DNA of 63,978 bases, filler included, from Dimargaris cristalligena (lineage: Eukaryota): assembly GCA_003614675.1 (NCBI GenBank). It is 4 parts of 4 records of this genome, joined end to end, with 100 filler letters (N's around TTAATTAATTAA, not from the genome) between each part and the next. Parts side by side here need not be neighbours in the genome. Positions count along the whole stretch, not along the records: positions 49,563 to 63,978 come from ML002952.1; 3 more parts are not named here. The stretch is one strand, 5' to 3'. The notes beneath the pieces were generated by a model. That model made no database searches, was not told the DNA's origin, and was given only the letters and a program-made list of their open reading frames with translations. The translations under genes and the position numbers were made by a program. How positions within the stretch are numbered: the stretch's first letter is position 1; every line of letters starts with the position of its first letter. Below are positions 58,447 to 63,978 of this stretch, in pieces.

Positions 58447-59534
58447 TTAGCTCGGGCACTCATCGAAGTAGTCGATATGGCTACCCGACTTGAATTTATT
58501 TTCCTGCAATAAACGGATTAGCTTGTGGGCCGAGTCATTCATGTTCACCAATTTGCCCTAATATACAAAGGATAGTCATAAGAACGTGGCAGGAACTTAG
58601 TACAGTTGTTGGGTAGGTGGGTCGATTGTCACTCAGGTTAGGGCCCAATGCGGCCCTGTCTACTACTAACGAAGCTATGGTCGGCATTTCTACCCATTAT
58701 ACTTACCTGCTCGTGCATTTCGGTGTACAGCTGCTTCTGCTCAGGGTCACCCAGTTGGTCCCGCACCTGGGTCTGCATTTCATTATCCAGCGGCCCTGGG
58801 GCGTAATTGAGGGTCTTTGTGAAGGCCGCATCTTCCTCCGCCGCCACGACCTGGTTGATGGAATTCCGGGCCGCCTTGGCCGCGGCATAGTAGCTCCAGT
58901 GGGGGAACGCCTGGATCGCCAAGAGACTGGAGATATTGACCAAGATCCGTTGTCCGGTACAGACTCCCCCAGGGATAACCGTGCGCAGAAAGGCAGCGGC
59001 CACGGCGGCATACGCAACCACGTTGACGTCCAGAAAAGAACGCCATTCGGGCCACGTGGTATCCTGTACCGTTTGGGACAGGTTGCCGAGAGTTCCGGCG
59101 TTGCTAATCAGGTAACAGCTATCGTAAGTGGTGACGGGGGAACCGGATGTCGGAGGGGACGGTCCTTCTGCTGTTGCTACCTGGGGTAGCGAGCTGGGAG
59201 CGGCAGGTATTCCCGCTGCCGCCCAAACCCGGGCTATATTGGCATCGATGCGATCCAGTTGGGCCAAATCAAAGTCACTGACTAGCTGAATCTGGACGGG
59301 GCCGGGGGAGGTGGGGCGGGGCGGGGTCGTCGCCGTGGTGGAGGTAGAAGGCGCCAGGCAGAGTCGGGCGGTTTCCGACAGTTGGGACTCCGAACGGCCC
59401 ACCAGGACCAGGCGAAGGGAATCCCGGGGCGCCGCACGAGTGCGAAACGATTCGGTAAAGGCACAGGCCAGGGCGCGACCGAAACCCCGGCCCGCTCCAA
59501 TGACGAAACACAATTGGCGACTGGGTGCAGGCAT
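58447..59534 (-). CDS. SPR: Sepiapterin reductase-like short-chain dehydrogenase, 2 exons, ~312 aa
   Basis: Exons 59534-58707 and 58557-58447. GAGRGFG, LISNAGTLG, VNISSL, YAAAKAAR, LNYAPGPLDNEMQ and C-terminal FKSGSHIDYFD are typical of SPR. Confidence 0.85.
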
Positions 59535-60110
59535 TTTTTTAAAAAACAATTTAGGGGGGGAGGGGTTGTATTTTCTTTACTTTGCGCTTTCCTTTAATTA
59601 GCGGAGAACTGGCGAGACTACCACAATAGTGACTGCTCGCTATTTGAATATATAGTTAGTATATTAAAGATAGAGGACAATGGATGTAGGGACAGTGTTC
59701 CATGGAAGGCCAAAGGACACCTAAGCAGAATAGTCTTTGGGGTTCAATGAACGTACCAGAATAGGGGCCGTTTCAGCCCGTTGGTTTCTATTCCATGAAC
59801 GAACCCGAAGAATCGAGGTGGGAAATAAGGAGTGGGACCAGTCTCACCGGGTTGATTTCGTTCAACCTCCCTGGGAATAAGGGCATCGAGTCACTAAAAC
59901 TAGAGACCCCGGCTCCGCTGATGTAGCCCAGCAGTCCTCCCAGTTGCCGAATAGGAAACAGGCTGGGCTCGGCCGTAAATGCCTGCTCATTCCCGCGGCC
60001 TATTCCCCTATTTTTAGATACACATTGGCCTGCTGCATTCCCTCTATTCCCTCCATTCCCGTACTTTTATTTCGAACTCCCGTTGCCCGATCCTCCGTAG
60101 TTTGCCTCTC

Positions 60111-61231
60111 ATGTTGACCCCGACTGTCTCCTTACGTTTGGCCCGCGGCCTGTCCGCCCAGCAGCCCCGACTTTGCGTGCCCACAACAACACCACTGACC
60201 GCGACCTACCATTGGCGGTCCGCACTGACCCGCTCCGCAGCCCCCGCCTTCGCGCGATCGCTAAGTGGTAGTTCCATGGCCGGCGAATCCCACTTTGACA
60301 CTTTTCAGCTCACCCAGAAACTCCAGGAGAAGGGGTTTACGCCCGAACAGTCCGAGTCCATTATGGGCTGTCTGCACGATGTGATCAATGATAGGTAAAC
60401 TAAATTCAAATCGGTGGCCCGGGGGAGAGGAGGGCTTTTTTTTTATCGGGCCGCGTGAAACTAAGCAATGTGGTATAGTAGTCACCCCCTCCTATCCACC
60501 GGCTGTATTGCGTACTATCCCTACAGCCGGGCCTGTTAGACCTAATCGAGGATGCTTCCGTCTTTACCTCCCCCCCCATTCCTATCCCCACGTGTAGTAT
60601 CGTCAATTTCAAAAAGGAAATGGTGACCAAGGCCGACCAGGAAAAGGTTAGTACAGCTACGTTAATTGCGTGACTCGGAATCAGGCGTTTGTCCTTCTCT
60701 TTCTTGCGGTTGAATTTCCGACAGTGGCGTTGCTAAATCAGAGCCATCGCAAGCACCCCTCTAACCACCTACCTTTATAAACTTAGTTCAAATTGCTCTG
60801 TAGTACTAACAGCTATTTCTCTCTTCCATCTAAATAACGACTTCCTCCAGAACGTCTACATGTACAAGGTAGACTTCGCGCAACTCAAATCGGAGATCCA
60901 AATGCTGGAGAAAAACGACTATACCATGATGAAGTCGGACATTTCCAAGCTCATGGCCGAGGTTGAAAAACTCCGCCAGAAGCTCAAGGAGGAGATTACC
61001 CGTTCCCAGGCGGGTGTGCGACTGGATATGAACCTGGAGAAGGGCCGGATTCGTGACGAGACGGGGACCCAGATGCTCAAAGTCAAGGAAACTAACACGA
61101 AAATCGAGGCCGAGATTGCCAACCTGCGGACCCAGATGGAAACTATCAAATTCCAGATCTTGCAATATATGATCGGTACCATCACCGGTACCGGAGCGCT
61201 CATTTTGGCCTACTTGCGCATGTTCCGTTAA
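60111..61231 (+). CDS. FMP32: Mitochondrial CCDC90/MCUR1/Fmp32 (DUF1640) coiled-coil protein, 3 exons, ~237 aa
   Basis: Exons 60111-60394, 60598-60646 and 60851-61231. HFDTFQLTQKLQEKGFTPEQS, VRLDMNLEKGRIRDE and C-terminal TM ETIKFQILQYMIGTITGTGALILAYLRMF. Confidence 0.92.
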
Positions 61232-62889
61232 TTATTACGGGCATGCCATGGCATACCCCCGCCCCCCCCCACATATACACATACACGCACGCACCTCGTC
61301 GGGGCGGGTTACTTTGTTTTCCTACTTTATTTATTGACCGACTCTATACCCCCAAACTTAATGGATGGTTTTATCTTTTGGAGTCTAGGGCACCTCCGCT
61401 TTTGGCTGTCATCCTATGTAGTTTATAGTACCGTACCCTTTCCCTGCCCTATTTTGGCCATTACCATTAAATGTGGGCCGTCCGTTTGAAAATGATGTAA
61501 GCAACGTGGCCTGGACAAAATATTGCAATGACAACTGGTGAAATTCTCACCCATTACCCAATCCTAAAGTATGAGTATGGGTCGGATGATACATTGCACT
61601 ACCCACAGTTCACTATTAAGCCAGCTAATTGTCCTACCACAGCGTTTCATGCTATTCATACGAGGGACCTAAAAAGTAAATATGTTAGAAATGGGCCTCT
61701 CGTTTAATCAGGCCCCAGTTTAACCCCCCTCTTATCACTGGCGCGAGTTTAGACATCAGGACTATCGACCTAATCGATGGAGGAAAATATGTAATTTCGT
61801 AAGGTATGGAGTGTAGCCCTAATCGCGTAAACAAGCCTTTAGGTTACACTGCCTGACACTGGTTCGCCTACTATCTTATTCATCAAGCCAACGGGACATT
61901 TATGTACACTTGTCCCAATGGGGCAGATACGGGCCTCGTTAAAAGACTACTAGCATTCGCTATTCAAGTGTGTGTAAAATGGACCACGGGGCGGCGACCA
62001 GTCCCGATAATGGTTATCGTGGAACTAGAGTTGCTTGGTAGTGGTCATATGGTCATTAGTAATCTATATTAGAAGGAGGCTGGAGTGGGTGGGGGAGAGA
62101 AGGTGGATTTTGGGCTTGTCGTTCTCTAGTTTGTTTTGCACTCCTATCGGACACTTCCACCTATCATCTTTCGCTTAGCCTACCTTCCATGTACACACCA
62201 CCAGCGCAGTCGGTGTAATGCTAACCCGGCGTACATTTACTCCCCATCTATTCACGCGTAACCCACCCACCCCTCACTTGTGCTTCGTTGGAACAGAGTC
62301 CCGCTTCATGTGCACTACAAAAGGACCAACCATAGGTGCGATTTGATGGACAAGGGTTCTTTTAGACCGCCATTCTTAGAATAATAGGACTATGGCCAAG
62401 CGAAAAAAAGCGGGTCTTGCAGATTTAGCTAGACTTCCCTTAAAAGGATTGCGTTTTATTGGCCGGTATAATAGTGGAAAGGTGCAGCCCAGCTAACGGA
62501 CTATTCGCCACACCTGTTGGACCAGGCCCCTCCCGTAACCGCCGCTTTCAATGCTTCGGGTCACTCCCGTTGGCTCTTTCGTGCTTTTTAATATTCCTTT
62601 TCTTTCTGCATTATGTAACCTTTCCATTCGAAAAGCCCAGGTTAAAAGGCACAGGGGCTAGGTGGTAAGGATCTAGGATACAAAAAAAATTAAGAAGGGG
62701 GGGAGGGGGGGGAAGAGAAAATCCCGGCCGATAGTGCCGCATAAATACCGGAGTGGCCGCCCCCCTTCCTCTACAACTCAGCTTTTTATCCTCTGTGCCT
62801 CTTTCGCCCACCCCATTGCAATCCAAAACATACCCACCATTTTATTATCTCCCCCGGGCCCCTTTTTTGTTCGCCTTTGGACCATAGCT

Positions 62890-63421
62890 ATGAAGCTGTT
62901 TCAATTATCAATTTTCATGGCTTCTCTCGCGTGCGCCTGGGCTGCTGATGTGGCCACCTCTATGCAACAAACGTCGGAAAGAGTCTTGTCGCCGAAGGAT
63001 ACCCCCGTAAAAGACCAAGTTGACCTAGCTGCCCTCATGGGTCCACTTTATAAGGCAACCACCGGCACGGCATATGTAAGCAATGTGATAAGTTTTGGCC
63101 ATCCTACAGGGGCACATTAATTATTTTTAGTTGGTCACTAATTATAACTCATATGCCAACCACCCCCACCCCCGTGGATCCTGGTCCATATCCAATGATA
63201 GCATGCGGCCAGTCAACGTTATTTCTAATTCTCTACCCTGGCTTTTTTAAAAAAAATATATTTCAACATCTACCCATCACACCTTATTCATACCATTGGG
63301 TTACCACCCCGTCTTTTAGAAAGAGGAACTGGCCCATAGAACCAAAGAGTTGAAAAGGCTGAGCCGATTAGGCAAATCGAGAAAATCGAAAGTGCGTGGA
63401 CAATATTTGAATCTAGACTGA
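62890..63421 (+). CDS. Small secreted protein with basic C-terminus, ~95 aa (exon 2 uncertain)
   Basis: Exon 1 62890-63075: MKLFQLSIFMASLACAWA|ADVATS..., ending at a GTAAGC donor. Candidate exon 2 63320-63421 is in frame: KEELAHRTKELKRLSRLGKSRKSKVRGQYLNLD*. An alternative acceptor lies at 63130. Confidence 0.6.
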
Positions 63422-63925
63422 ATATACAGTCAGCCCCGATCATCCCAGTACATCTGCCCTGCTGGCCTGCGACCCCCTAAGAAACAAGGCCAAGATATAG
63501 TCCGCCAGCGAGAAATAAATAAATAAGACCAGGTTCTCTGTACCCTATTGTTATATATATATTACATGTTTATTACTCTCATACCATTAGGAATGAGTAT
63601 TTTATCAAGAAAACCCATCATTGAGGAGAGCCCAGGCTAACTAGTACAATATCTCAAATAAAGTTCTTCCCTGTCTCAAACATTTGTGAAATGGTTATTA
63701 GACATAAACGAAATATAATTACAATGTTACAAATAAAATATGGGAATAGACATTTAAGGAAAAATAGTCTCTACCAAAATTGGTCAGACATACTTCCCAC
63801 TTTACAGATGGACTATACCCATTCCGTAGGATGAATATTAGTGGTGAATACTAAAAGAAAGGCCAATTGCTCCATTTGGACTTCACATAAAATTATTACA
63901 TCGGCAAAAAAACCCCAAAAAGAAT

Positions 63926-63978
63926 CGACAGCAGCAGGATTTGAACCTGCGCGGGCGGAGCCCATATGATTTCTAGTC
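63926..63978 (-). tRNA. tRNA-Ser(AGA), 3' part; 5' end lies beyond the window
   Basis: Reverse complement GACTAGAAATCATATGGGCTCCGCCCGCGCAGGTTCAAATCCTGCTGCTGTCG shows anticodon loop CT-AGA-AA, a long variable arm, T-loop GGTTCAAATCC and a G discriminator, followed by TTCTTTTT. Confidence 0.92.

Overview
Eukaryotic, intron-rich fungal DNA. Gene style and content suggest an early-diverging lineage such as Zoopagomycota (inference only). The window is not one locus: four contigs (1-16424, 16525-32943, 33044-49462, 49563-63978) are joined by identical 100-nt spacers (N44-TTAATTAATTAA-N44), so adjacency across spacers means nothing. Housekeeping genes reconstructed with GT-AG introns and consistent reading frames are RRP41, SEC62, DML1/Misato, RRP12, a 9-exon cytochrome P450, MLH3, a YTH m6A reader, COX15, a sepiapterin-reductase-like SDR and FMP32/CCDC90. 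RNA genes are a dispersed 5S rRNA and a window-truncated tRNA-Ser(AGA). Mobile DNA includes a ~144-bp MITE family (6 copies across all four contigs) and a 301-bp solo LTR with a 5-bp TSD. The most interesting signal is two loci on separate contigs with the architecture signal peptide + acidic region + C-terminal C2H2/C2HC zinc-finger array, i.e. candidate secreted transcription-factor-like effectors. Each is hidden from the ORF track by one lesion (a +1 frameshift in one, ATA in place of ATG in the other). Other secreted candidates are a catalytically dead GH18-like protein, an intronless PA-domain subtilase and two small basic peptides.
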